Below are positions 26,565-39,758 of a DNA stretch of 64,000 nucleotides, in pieces. The DNA lies in assembly GCA_030704615.1 (NCBI GenBank), contig CM060731.1, forward strand, positions 29,760,001 to 29,824,000, in the 5' to 3' direction. The notes beneath the pieces are model-generated. The model searched no databases. It saw only the letters and a program-made list of their open reading frames with translations, and had not been told where the DNA came from. Positions within the stretch are counted from its first letter, which is position 1; each line of letters begins with the position of its first letter. The position numbers were made by a program, and so were the translations under genes. The DNA is from Takakia lepidozioides (Eukaryota > Plantae > Bryophyta).

Positions 26565-27556
26565 GCTGCTCCGATCCAAAGCGCCCCGCCGCGATGGCTG
26601 CGCAATACACACACAGATGCAAGTGCGAAAACAGGAGACAATGGCAGCAGAGCAAGGGTTTGCTTCACCCACGCTAGCTACGCTCACCTCAGGTAGCTCA
26701 TCCTCTAACCCCGGTTACGTACACACTTCACCACTAGAATCTTCTTTACCTTACCTACAAACTAATCCGCCGGCCCTTTTGTTTTATCACTAAATATTTT
26801 AATATAAATACAGTAAGTCTGGGCGTCATCATCATATGCAGCCGCCACGCAGCACCCAAACTTAGGAGCGAGTACTTAGTGGACTCTCACGATCGTCGAC
26901 CTCCACTGTGGCTCCATCATGTTCCCAACGACTGTCAGCTAAATTAGCTTGCCGCACAAAGTTGGAGCTTCATACGGTCTCATCAGTCCCTGCTGTAGCA
27001 ATCAACAAACATACATGTATGCTATTTCAGGCTGGCGCAGCTCTTCCGTGCAGATCCCCTGCTATTCGACTCTGCATGCTCTGACAGAAATCGAGAGCTG
27101 GAAGAGTGCACATGTTCGGTCATGTGGAACCCCAAGTTTCAAGAAGCAGCTCTCCCTTTCCACACTTGGTCGATCTTCTTACAATGTACCATTTATTCCA
27201 GAGGCAGGAACGATAGGTCTTGAGCACAATGTTGAGGCCTGCAGGTCAGAGTAAAACAGAACAGGCATGTTGGAAAGATCAACGTCAAAAAATGCTTCCC
27301 TGAAGAAAAAAACATTTAGACCTATACTCCCCTTGGGTGTGAATCCCAAAATGAAGCAAATATCGCGATAATGAACCTCTATGCACATTTGATGCTTTGT
27401 GTACATGGCGAATCTTTTATTGTAAGTTCGAAGCGATCTTTTTGTCAGGACAATGAAAGTGTTTCGAGGGACTCGGATACGCTGACGGAGTTCCAGTTTT
27501 CATTGCAGTTAGACTTCAACTTCTAGTTATTACTGGGATCACTTCCCACTTCCAGA

Positions 27557-29060
27557 TTAGAAGGAACTTTTCCGCTGAAACAATTCAAGTTTTCTACGAT
27601 TCCGACTCTGGATGCCGCTCAGGTAAAGTGCTGATGCCGTCCCTCTCGACCTTGGTGAGACCTTGGGGTGCTTGCACTTTACTTCCTCTTGCTTTTTCAA
27701 GGACTCGGCCGCCTCCATCTGGACTGTAGAAAATAACGAGTCTACAATGAACCTTAAGATTCTTTCTCAGACTATGACGTCAACAGTGCTCCAACGTTAA
27801 GCAATATCAGCTAGAGCAAAGGTTGCTTGATAATGCAGTTTGTAAATTGAGAGCACGATCTACAGAAACTGTCATCTTTGACAGACAATTTACCACTCTT
27901 GCCTGGCGTCAAGTGCAACACTTGACGTTTTTCTTCCGTTGCTTGATTGAGTACTTTCCCTACTTCTGGAGAATAACTTGTGTGCCTTCCTCTTTGAAGA
28001 ACCTGATATGCTCTTCCTTCTGAATTAACCCTGTCATACGCCTGCAATATATACATCGTCAATTTCAGCTTCAATCCTAGTTCAAAAAGTTGATCAAAAA
28101 ATATATTCTCTTACCCGCCACCCTCTCCTCCCTCTTCCATCGACGATCAGCCTCTGTTGCTGTATATATCAATTGCCTATGAATCCTCCTGTACGGAGTC
28201 AAGGATGTATTCAAGATCATGTTTACATCTAGACAACACATGTATGCCTTGGAGATAAAGAACATTACCCTGCGTGCACGCACATACCTTTATTGCGTTA
28301 GAAAAATAACCACCTTTTGCACAGTCTTGTGCGAACAACATCCACTCATCCATGCTTTGCACATGGTGATCCGCCGAATCGGCTTGCGTCCCTTGCAATA
28401 ACTCACTGCGTACCATAATCTCGTATCTCAATGCCAGCTGGCTCTGGACTCACAGAACGAAGAATTACCTCTCAAACCATGTTTTCTAGCTCACACTGAC
28501 AAGGAATTCTCGGAATTGGTGAAAGCAAACTTCCATTCCTGGCATTTACGCTACAAATCAGAAGAGGAGAGTTACCGTTCCTAAGGTCCCCTTGAGATCC
28601 CCTCACTGACATCTGTTGAAGATACCACTTATTCAAATGGATGCTCAAGCAAAACAGAACCGGATAGGCATGTTTCAATGTAAACAAACCTCCAGATCAT
28701 AGGTATTGGCAAAGCAGGAAAGAAGGAACTGTAGAACAGCCAGCTCCTCTACCGGAGTTAATCCACTCATCGACGCCATGCATTCCGCAGCAACCGACCT
28801 CAGCATTGTTGCAGCCTGGTCTCTTTCAGTTAGATACAATCCAGCCTCCGGTAGGTTGAGCATACCTTGAGCCTTGCCGTCAGACATATCTGACAGCACC
28901 ATTAAATGGACACTACTCTAGAGTGCACTGAAACATTTATTGGAATGAGAGAGGCAAAATCATGGCCTTAGATTCCAACATTCTGCTTGAAAGTTTTCCT
29001 ACTTGTACCAGGTGATTGCCGCTGCGGATTGTGATGTATAGCGTAGAAGAAGAGATCATG
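27557..29060 (-). CDS. DFO: DSB FORMATION (DFO)-like meiotic protein; start exon uncertain
   Basis: Exons ATMLRSVAAEC...ELAVLQFLLSCFANTYDLE / SQLALRYEIM...DEWMLFAQDCAKGGYFSNAIK / AYDR... / ASALYLSGIQSRNRRKL parallel plant DFO as I recall it (LSVLEFFARAFALLGDMESCLAMRYE...EWTKFA). Confidence 0.65.
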
Positions 29061-29836
29061 AACCTTACAACATAGCTTTCTTCAAAATTACGAGCCATTC
29101 GCACAAACCAAGAATACTGCTCATGATGACTGCTGAAGGCTACATAAGTTCACCAGCGATCCCACTGCTCTCAGGCCACTGTAGACAAATTCTCATGTCA
29201 GGCAACCAGCTTCTCGTCTACTTCAAGCTCTCATTAGGCTTTGGTACTTGAGTTATGAGCGGGGATGAAAGATTCAAAATTGCCACCAGAAATATCTCGT
29301 TTCAGAGATTCGGAAGGATTGGCAACAAAAGTCATCTGCAGATGCTCCAGGAAGTTCGAAAATCAAGCACGGTTCGCTTGTACATTCATTTTCCTTACAT
29401 GACTCTGGTTTTCTAAGGCCTGCAGTCTTCAAGCATGAATTAAAGAGTACATGAACGTTGTTGTAGCAAACTAGAGGACTGGAGGGTAGACTGAGTGGAC
29501 ACGCATACATATTTTTATTTGTCGTAATGTAAGTATTTCGTCAAATGTCAACCAGACAAGAAGGTTACAGAACCTGTACAGTGGATGCCATGAAGACAGT
29601 TTTCTGAATTGTGTAATGGTATGGTAAACTCTGGTTGGTGTTGGTGTGCCCTCACAGGAAGTAACCACGCCTGAGGCGCCAAGCACAAGGCTCACGGGAG
29701 GCCAACAAGCAGGGAAGGGGAAGAAGAAGCTTTACAAGTCTCAAGGAAATTTCTTACAACCTGATGGAATTTAGAATGACTGTGATGATGGATTGGAACG
29801 TGATTTCTATGAGACAATAATAGAAGAAAATTTTGT

Positions 29837-30928
29837 CTAGACTTTTGCACCTAAACTAAGACCCCCTCTAACTGGTATTTGAGGTGGAAAGGAATCCTGA
29901 GGGCCGGATGTCCAGGTGTCTTGCTTCATGTCATATGTCGTCACAATTACTTCTAGTGGTTCTGAAGAATTTTCTCTGCTGCCGAAGTATATGAGATTGT
30001 CAATGCTCACCACTGTGAATGTGAAGATGTTCCAACTAAGCTTTCTTGCAATCTCCACCCACTCTGCAGTCGTTGTAGAACATTTGAACTCCCACACACA
30101 CATGATGGATGAGATAGACATGGAACCATGATGGACAGCCCCAACAAGCAATAGGCGCCCGCCACTCACTACAAGGAATGGACCATCTACAAGGTAACCC
30201 CCATTCAAATCAGGGATCCGTATATCAACTGTAGTCCACACACCGCTGCCAATGTCCCAAGCCATCAAAATATAGTGAGGCAGCGCTACTCTATAAAGTA
30301 GAGAAAAGAGAGTGGGGCCACATATCACACTTTCTATAAAATAGTACCAATCACTAACTGTGGGCATCTTTCCAGACTCGGTCCAACATTCGCAAACTGA
30401 GTCATAGATGTGTGCTCTCCAAAGATCCGTCTAGTCCTTTGATATCAGAATGACCTTGTAGCTGTTGGTGCATCTATTCACCATCAGATTTACGCTTTGC
30501 ACTTCGAAGTGTGTTGGTGTGTGAGGCGGGGCAGGCAATTGTCTGGAAGTGTTCAAGAGAGGATTGTACACAATCCATGATACCCCCTCATCATCGCCCT
30601 CGTCCGATATGCAAAATAAGCCCCCATTTGCGGCACAAGCACGAGCCGCGTAGCGTGCATTATCTTTGGAGAATTTGAGGCCGATCTTGTGCCACCGTCG
30701 AGTTGTGAGGGCATACAACATGCAACCTAGCTGTCTGTCGAACGATAAGACGTAGGACACTTCGTGAAGAGGGAGCTGCTGACAGAGTTGCTGGAAACTA
30801 GCAGTAGATGGGAGGGCATTCCACAATTTGCAAACCGACTTAATGCGGACAAGACTTCGATATGGCAAAAGGGCCAACACTACCGTCACTAACTCGAAAG
30901 GGAGCATGCTCCAAATCTCCTCCTCCAT
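29837..30928 (-). pseudogene. Intronless F-box (F-box + beta-propeller/kelch-like) gene with one in-frame TAG at 30431-30433
   Basis: IWSMLPFELVTVVLALLPYRSLVRIKSVCKLWN is an F-box motif. ORFs 30431-30928 and 29837-30367 are in the same frame, separated by a single stop. Confidence 0.85.
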
Positions 30929-31504
30929 ATTGCAGGGGACAGAGGCCCTGGCAATATCACATACTTTCTAACCAACGATTCTTCAACTTACCCAAAACCA
31001 AAAAGTCTTGTTTTAGTGAGATGAACTGGGAAGACTTGACGAATGAATGAAGACGGATGAATGAACGACCCCATGCTTTCATCGACGAGTCGGCTTCCAT
31101 CCACGTTCGAAATCCGGAGGAATGTTCTTCCGTATGGATGATTTCTCTCATCCGTTTAGCGCGCTCTCTCTCTCTCTCCCCCTCTCCTCGGGAGGAGAGA
31201 ATGGGATTCTTTGAACTCTGTTGAGAAGGAATGTCATACTGCAGTTCGCATGGCAACTTGCTTTGGGTTTTCTGGCCCATACCACTTTCAGGATCTGCAG
31301 TGTCACTTTGGCATGCATTGGCATATGGCAGCCGAATACACGAATACACCCGGCTGTGCATGGATCGTCGACTAAAACCACAAGAGGTGAGTTTTAGGAG
31401 ACTGCGGTAAAAAGAAGGCTTAGTTGGAAGACATATGCATGACCACAGCAAGTTCATGGACAGCTTTTGGAAAACAAATAACTTTCAATTAAAAGTAACC
31501 AAGC

Positions 31505-32016
31505 CATGAGGCGCCAAGCACAAGCCATGGGAGCCCAACAAGCAGGGAAGGGGATGAAGAAGCTTTCCAAGTCTCAAGGAAAGTTATTACAAACCGATGG
31601 AATTCACAATGACTGTCAAGATGGACTGGAACCTGTTCTATGAGACAATAAAAGAAAGGCTTGTCTATACTTTTGCACCTACACTAAGACTCCCGCTAAC
31701 CTAGCTTAATAACTGGTAACTGAGGCGGAAAGAAAGAAATCATGAGGGGATGTCCATGTGTCTTGATTAATGTCATATATCCCAACTACTTGTGGATTTG
31801 CAGAAAAACTTTCCCTGCTCCAAAAGAATAAGAGATTGTCCTGGCTCACCACTTTCAAACAGAAAGTGGCCAAACGAGTATTTGCAATCTTCAGCCATAT
31901 TGCCGTCGTTGTAGAACCATTGAACTCCCACACGGCGGTGATGGGTGAGATGGGTGAGGTAGAGAAACCTGCATGACCAACAAGCAATAGGCGCCCCCTA
32001 CTCTCTACAAAGAATG
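31505..32016 (-). pseudogene. 5'-truncated tandem paralog of the F-box gene (C-terminus + 3' UTR)
   Basis: GRLLLVG...VWEF...TTTA.W...IA...YDINQDTWTS matches the 29837-30180 peptide, and 31505-31700 resembles 29670-29860. Similarity stops at the gypsy junction near 32016. Confidence 0.85.
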
Positions 32017-35000
32017 TATCGTGCACCTAAGCATCGTGCCACAACATACATCGATGTCCAACCACACTTCCTAGCATATAGTCCTAGAAAGCCACGCCAC
32101 AATCGCCCCCCTAGCTGGTGATTAGGTCCCTCTAACACCGGATAGCTTGCAAGTATTCATCCCAATAAGATCATCGTTTGGTCTTCAATCGCACAAGTCC
32201 CAACACCTGAAGTCTATAGATCAAGAGGCCGGGTGCAAACGTAGCCCCATCGTTAGTCGCCTTCATGCAATCCATGATCTTCAGTTGAGTATCCATGGCA
32301 TTGAAGCCCCAGTAGCTAGACCTTGGATCACTTGTTCGCCTCTCCATTGTCATGCCCACTACCTCTGTCCAAGGCATCGTGGACACAACCATTCTCCGAT
32401 AGGAACTTCCTCAAGTGGCGGTGTCATGCATCCCGTGTGCCACCCCCTTGAGCATTTGTCAAACACCAACATGGTTGCGGCGCCACTAGCATGCCCACAT
32501 AGCATGCAACGCAACCCTGCAAGTACCACTGCAAGATTGGAATCTATCCTCCCATCCACATGTGGAAGGTGACATGGCGCACAATTGCGCACATGGTCCT
32601 TTCATACCATGTCATCTCGACCCTCCTGAATCAACACTCCTGAAGGCAACACCTCTCTGACCCTTAAAATCACACGTCCTGCTGTGACATCCAAGGTCGT
32701 AGGCGCTGTCTGCTGCAAATACACATAGTCCCCAGGGTGAAAACGCCAAACACTTGGCCGATATCTCCCTCCACGTATAGTGGCGTACCTCAATGTGTCT
32801 CGGTGTTGGGCAATAGCAAGGTTCTCAAAAGTCATAGGCATGACTCTCTTGAACAACTCTGCCCGTTAGGCACATGCTTGTGTCCACACATCCGGATCAT
32901 CAAGGTTGAGAACTATTGCAGCCTCCCTGCAAATAGATGCAGGCAAATCCGGCTCTCGGCCGAAGAGAAGAAAGTAAGGTGAGAAGAAGGCAAGTGAAGC
33001 TTGTTTGCGTGAACCTAAAGCCCATAGCTAGCCAAGGCAGTTGAAGATCCCAATCTCCTAGGTGTCCCTTCTGCAAACCGTACTTGCGCAAACCTCTCTT
33101 GACTGTCTAAACAACTCTCTCCGCCAAGCCATCAGCCTCGGGATGATCCCCGAGAAGTAGTGCGGTGATCTATCAAGGCTTGCTCACACAAAGCCTGAAA
33201 CTCCCCCAAGAACTCTCTCCCCTGGTCCGTGAATACCTCGGCTGGAGCACCAAAATGGCTAAGCACTCGATCTAAGAATGCATACGAAGCCCCCTCACTT
33301 GCCTTATCAGGCAATGCCACCAGTTCAATCCATTTGGAGAAGTGTTCCACCATCACCAACACATACTTGTTATGGCGAATCGTCAATGGCAGTGGGCCTG
33401 CGAAGTCAAGACTCCAACGATAGCCCAAACCCATAATGGGTAAATGATGCAATTGTGGAGTAGAGGCGTTGAAAGAAGCCCGCACTCTATCACACACCAT
33501 GCACCTTGCCACTAACTGTTGCACATCCGTGTGCATGCCCCGCCACCAATACTGCCCTTGCAGCAAACTATGAGTGCGCCGCACCCCAAAATGTCCCAAC
33601 TCCTCATGGGCATGGCGTACCAATCGCGCTCGTTGTGTTGGATAAGGCACAATCCTCACTCGTCCATCCTCCCATACCCGGAGTAGGTGAGTCCCCTCCC
33701 ACTTGAATCTCTTGGCTCGTTGTAGGACCCGATCTTTATCCTTAGCAGTCACACTGGTTGCTGTCTCTCAGGTACGAAGGTATGCCAACACTGCTGCATC
33801 TTCATGCACATCCTTAGCACCACCAAACTCCTCACTAGTCTCTGGATCGTCATGCACGCTATCTACATGACCAATCACATGGGATGGACCAGCTTGAGCT
33901 CCCATTGCTAGAATGCACAAAAAGGCTGATGCATGTCATCCTGGCACCATCTCCTCATCCGTCTCACCATGCTCGCTCGTGCATAGATTACGACTCAATC
34001 CATCTGCATCCCGATTGACAATACCGGCTCGATGCACCACCTGGAAGTCGTACTCTTGAAGCATAAGTGCTCATCGTGCAAGCTTCCCTCTAAGCTTGTC
34101 TGACTCCATCAACCACTTCAATGGTTGGTGATCCGTGACAAGGGTGAAGAGATTGCCATAGAGGTAGCATCTGAAATGTGCCACTGCCCATACCACAGCT
34201 AGACACTCCCCTTCATATGAACTATACTTTGCCTCGGCATCATTGTTCGAGCGGCTAGCATATGTCACTACGAACTCTCTTCCCTCATCATCCACCTGTA
34301 TGAGCATTGCTCCAATCCCCAGCATACTCCAATCCGTATGTAGCTGGAAAGACCGTCCCTTAATAGGCCGCCTCAGAATATGTGTAGAAATCAATCGAGC
34401 CTTGAGTTCCTCAAAGGCTTCCTCCTGCTCCTCATCCCATTGTCACTCGTGACCCACCTTGGTCAACTTGGTAAGAACCTTTGCAATGCTGCTAAATCCC
34501 TTGACAAACCATCGATAGTAGTTTGTCAATCCCATGAAAGCACGAACTCTGCTCACATCCATGGGGCGTGGAATGCATGCAATGGCCTCCACATTTATCT
34601 GTTGAACACCCAATCCTCCAGGGTATATCATGTGGCCCAGATACTCAATCTGATTGTGGAAGAACTTGCACTTTCTGGGGTGCAGTTTCAACCCGTGCGC
34701 TCTCAAGCGCTCAAACACCACCTGAAGGTGTCTCTTATGCTCCTCAACCGTAGCACTAAAGATGATGATGTCATCAATGTAGCACCGGATGAAGTGTAGC
34801 CCCGCGAGAATCCTATCCATGACTCTCTGAAACTCTGCAGGAGCATTCTTCAACCCAAACGGTGAGAACCGCCATTGGTACAAACATTCCTATGTTGGTC
34901 AATCCCCCAAAATGTCGTCTTTTGTTTGTTAGCCTCTTTGATTGGCAACTGGTGGTAACCGGATCGCAAGTCCAATGTGCTAAACACCTTTGCATGCCCA

Positions 35001-35625
35001 ATGACATCAAAGATCTCCTCTGGAGTTGGCATGGCATATCTATCGGACTTAGTCTGACGGTTCACAGGACGATAGTCCCCACACATCCTTCTTTCTGTCC
35101 AATTGCCATAGATATCCTTCTTAGCTGGCATCACCGTTGTCGAGGCATACTCCCCGCCTGACAACTCCACCAATCCAGCTTCGAACAACTCCATAGTCCG
35201 TGACTGGATCAATGACCTCTCCATATCACTATACCGGTAGGGCCTTCGAAAGATTGGCGTGTCACTTGCCAAATCAATACAAATCTCTTGACCCTTCAAA
35301 CTCCCCAAATCCTTCAAACCGAAGGCAAAGCGATTTCTATAAGCCCTTAGAAATTGCTGGACTCCATCTCTCTCCTGCGGTGACTGTAGGTCCAACATCT
35401 GGTTCCTAATTGTCCTTAGTGACTGTAACCTTGGGTACACCAGGCTTGGAGGTAGGAGACGAATCCTTTGGTTGCTAGATAGCAACCTCTTGGGCCTTGT
35501 CCGCCCAATCTGACTGTGGCGTAGTCTCCATTTGCTCTGCCATAGCCACCTTGAGAATATCCTCTGAGCAAGAAACATTCTCAATGCAACCTCTTCAAAA
35601 AACTTGGCCACCTTGGCCACCTTGT
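32015..35625 (-). mobile_element. Decayed Ty3/gypsy LTR retrotransposon with a PHD finger after integrase; 5' part cut by the TIR transposon
   Basis: RT (RRMCGDYRPVN, PFGLKNAPA, YIDDII), RNase H (LHTDWS, EGECLAVVWAV, TDHQPL), integrase (H..GH..C..C, LDFAGPL, TDQGREF) and PHD (32360-32520). Polypurine tract near 32102-32113 next to a short TG...CA LTR remnant at 32015-32101. Confidence 0.9.
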
Positions 35626-36244
35626 CAACGACGCAATGGCGTGAGCGTTGCACGTGAGCGCGCGAGCGTACGCTCACGCAGGAGTGACGTGGCGTGAGCC
35701 TGCACACACGCTGACGTGGCGTGAGCGTCATGTCAGCATGCTGATGTGGCGGTAAATGATGACGTGGCACTGTCCGTCAACTGCCACGTCAGTATTAACA
35801 TGCGCCGCCTATAACCGTGGATGGTCCTATGACCGTGGAATTAATGCAGGGAATCTGGCCTAAATAGAATCAAGACGAGCGTTGAGGCCTACAATTGCAG
35901 CATCCAACATTGTGCAATTACAAATGTTTGTTTCACTTTTACAATTACGAAGACGACAAAATATCCTCACAAAGTGTGCGCCATAAAGGCTGCCACGAGA
36001 AGACTTCCTCCCTCCTCAAATAACAATGAGAGTTATGATCATCTTCAAAAGATGATTGTAGTGCATAGCGACAGCAAGACATGTAGACTTCGAACGGTGC
36101 AATGACAAATGTGCACTACCTAAAAGTTGTCACTCAGACCTCACTCCGTATAATTGGAGGCCATATCATTGCACAGCCGACGAATTGATGTGAATTACAC
36201 ATTTCAAATCATGGTCATCCACATACCACATTACATAGTTCATG

Positions 36245-39200
36245 CTACCCATGTGTTGTATCCCGCTGCAAAAGAGTATCGACCTCGTTGAAACTCATAG
36301 TGGCCTGGTGAATGAAGTTGTCACGTTTGGGATCGCAAACCATCCTCCTCAAAAATATGAAATGCAAATGTTTGCAGGGTATGAATTTACCTCTCTTGCC
36401 CAAACTGGTTGATAGCATATTCACAAAATCAGGACATGTGCAATTGGGGAAATTGGAAACCGTGATGTCGTAGGTCCTGTCATGAACAGCAGATGTGGAA
36501 GTGATGATTGTGAATACCAGACCATATCCTGGATCGGGTACTTCCGTGGTGCTTCCGACACGAGCTTGGAGCATTCTTGCGGACTCCACTTTGCCAAAGT
36601 GTTCAGCGGTTGGAGGGAAACGCCGAACGAGCTTTCCATCTCGTTTGGTTGGCCACAAGTCAGGATTTGCCGGTGGGACCCGGGAGGACGCAGAAGTAGT
36701 AGCACATGCATGGAGTTGGGGTTGTCTCGCAAGGGAAAAACCTGTCTCCTCCAGCATTTCAATCTCCTGAAAGCTGAGATGTGTTCCCACCTTCACGGGC
36801 CAAACGGTTGGAGGAGATGGCTTCATCACTACGGAAGGGCGCACAGTTCCATGCACACATCTGGCACAATCATCTGCGCAGAACCAGAACTTGTGGTTCT
36901 TGGCTTCTGGTTGACCGTATGGACGCATCAAGCCCGTGAAAGTCGAAGCAGGAGTTCGGGCACCACCTCTGGATATAGATGAAGTGCACTTCTCGAAATT
37001 AGTTGCCCTGATCGCTGTACATTTCACACGAGACCCGACACTTGTGCGTTCTATGTGCCAAACGTGGTCGGGGCATGCGGACTCAAGCACATCAAGGGGG
37101 TTGTTTCTCTCCTGCACCATTTCAGTGGCACGGTTTGATGCTGGAGCTTGCCGTCGTGTTGGAGGTTCCTCCACAATGGAGGTTCCGAACATGGAGCTGT
37201 CATGCAGGGGAACACGAGGCTTCGAGAAGTTATCACGGTCTGCCCTGTGGGAATCTGAATCCGAACCAGGTGGAGTGTTCAATTTCCTCTTACAGGAGCC
37301 GAATCTCTCCTCCCCTTCAAGATGTGGAACTCTAGAAACAAGTGGCGTTCCCTGGGCATACATGCTCACCGCCCGTGCTATCTTGATTGGATCCCCAGAT
37401 CTGTTTGCAGCACGCAACATCAACTCCCATTTGTCCGGACCCTTGCCACCAACCCCACCTCGTAAGAAATCACGGTATCGGGTTTGTTGTTGCAAGGCAC
37501 GTATCAAATCATCTGTTGTTGCCACATACAAATCCCGACCTCGTTTCCCAGACTGCTGCAACCATGCATTGTGCACAGTTTCTGCCAAATTGCAAGATGG
37601 CATGTCCGCCATTTCCTCAATGGACATGTTCTGCAAAGAGGATAACCACACTTCAGAATAGTGCACAGGAAACAACATAAAGAAAGCAATGAGTCAAAAA
37701 TATGGAAAGCAAATGTATGAATAAAGCATGAAATAGAAGCCTCGTACCATTGTCATGGCTGCTCCCCACTGTCTATACCGGAAGTGCCAAAACGCCAGCC
37801 AATCTTCCAATGCTCTCATACTCTCAAGTGATGCAGCTCCAGAAGAGAACCACCAGGCACGAATTGTCTGGAACAAAGTGTCCGCCTCCTTCATTGTTCT
37901 AGCATCTTTGTACTCTTTGCACAATTTACGGTGCTGAGTCTGCATCTCTGGTTTGATGTCCGACTTTGTATGTTTTTCCAGAGATTGTGTCCAATGGAAT
38001 AGACATGTACGCTCTCTTCCTGGCATAGGCACTTTTGGGTCGCCCGATCCGAAGACAATACGAACAGCATTGAAATTTGCTTGAGCACTATCCGCCATGA
38101 AACCTGCGAAATTTGGAGATGGCAGCCCATGGCAGCCCATGACACGTATCAGGGAATTCCACATGAGCTTCTGGGATTCCGTATCCTCGGATTGCATGTC
38201 ACAAACTGCAATTGTCATAACTCGTTGGTACACTGGATCGTAGACATGACAAGCCATTGTCGTCCAATCCTTCACTCGTTTCACATGATCAAACATAAGA
38301 AAACAGTTCTGCAAGTCCCCAGTCTTCTGCATCCGCTTCACGAGGCTAACCCCACTGCCCTCCCCAACAGTCGACATTTTGAAAAGAAAAACTTTGATGG
38401 CACCTTGACCTGGGAATACATTGTCCTGGATGTAATCGTACTTGCTCACTCGTTTCAATTCCAAAATATTGTCTATGTAGCCTCTGATCCCAGAGCCCAT
38501 TCTCAATGCATTGATCTGATGCCGAATGTTAGGTGAACTTAAAGTGGAGAAATGATCCATGACCAGGTCCAATGCTGCACCGTCAAGTTTAGTCCCCACA
38601 GAATCTCCTTCACTCAAAATATGGCTTTCCAAGAAGGACTTGCTTGCGCCAAGAGCAATTGCAGATGTTGTTGCGGATGGGTTTCTCCCGAACTCCTGTT
38701 TGATCAACCTCGATACTGTCTCAACACTTCCCTGTAATCCCCCTTCGAGACAAGATGGTTATGGAATCCAAAATGCACACAAGCTCTCGTCATTGTATTC
38801 AAACGGTGGACAACATAGTACATTCTTGCTCCGCAGAGCGCCAAGCAGGATGGCACAAGTTTGCAGAATTTGCAGACGAAAGTGTTTGCCGGTGGAGGGG
38901 CAGTCCCAGGCTGAAATGGATTTTCCGCCAGACCCTCCCATTCGCTTTGATTATGAACCCAGACTGAAGAAAGTGTCTGCAATTCAAATTATCACACCTA
39001 AGGTGTCCATTGCAAACTGTCCTCCTGAAAACAAGCTTGTCATCATTCTGAATATTGGATGTTTTTGTTCTGCACCACGGGTGCCCGTCGTGTTTCTTGT
39101 CCATTCCATGCATCATGATTGTTACACCTCCAACTCGCGGAGGAGGAGGCAGCTCGAATAGGATATCGCCATCAAAAGTCTCCGGCAAGAACTTCACAGG

Positions 39201-39758
39201 CACCTGCTTCAAAGATTCCCAATCAATTCCCCGCAACTCACTTTTGAATCCAGCCATTCCTCCCATCGCCCGCAATTTTGGAATGACACTACAAATCTCT
39301 TCTTCATCAGCTTCTGCAACCACAGTAGGAAGGACTGGATTTGGAATTTCACTTATGTCATCATCGGAAGAATCCGAAAGCTCAACGATTGGAGTGGAGG
39401 AAGTCTGTTCTTTTTTCACCACCACCTCCCTCTTGTCTTCAACGACCGAAGCAGCAGTCCCGGGCGTCACATATGACCCAAGGGACTTTCGCCGAGGCTC
39501 TCCAAGTACTCTGTATCGACCAGGACGCACTCTCCACTGGCTGATATGAGCCGTCTCATCACGGTTTTGGAAAGAATATTTCACCAACTTCCCTTTCAGA
39601 TCGTAAACCTCTTTCTCCAAAAAGATGGAGCCATTCTGCAGCTGAAAACGGGTAGCCAAGACATGTTCCAGAACAATTGCAAATCCATTGTCAAGGACTT
39701 CCTGGGAGAACGGCACTGGTTTGTCGTCTGAGAAGAACTCCGCTTCAGAGGAAGCCAT
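36245..39758 (-). CDS. Mutator-like (MULE) DDE transposase with N-terminal Cys/His zinc-binding region and C-terminal SWIM finger; intron 37631-37747; two apparent 1-nt frameshifts near 38955 and 38722
   Basis: Catalytic-like FLMFDHVKR, FMADSAQA and NLAETVHNAW; the CxxH signature CLFHW; SWIM CTCPDF...PCKHL; N-terminal HPWCRTKTSN...CNGHLRCDNLNC...CKFC...CVHFGFHNH (WRKY/GCM1-like, inferred). GT-AG intron is in frame. Confidence 0.85.

Noticed and set aside
36482-39549. Long plus-strand ORFs (e.g. 36936-37661, 38559-39161) suggesting an antisense gene
   Set aside because: They are shadow frames of the transposase with no recognisable motifs.
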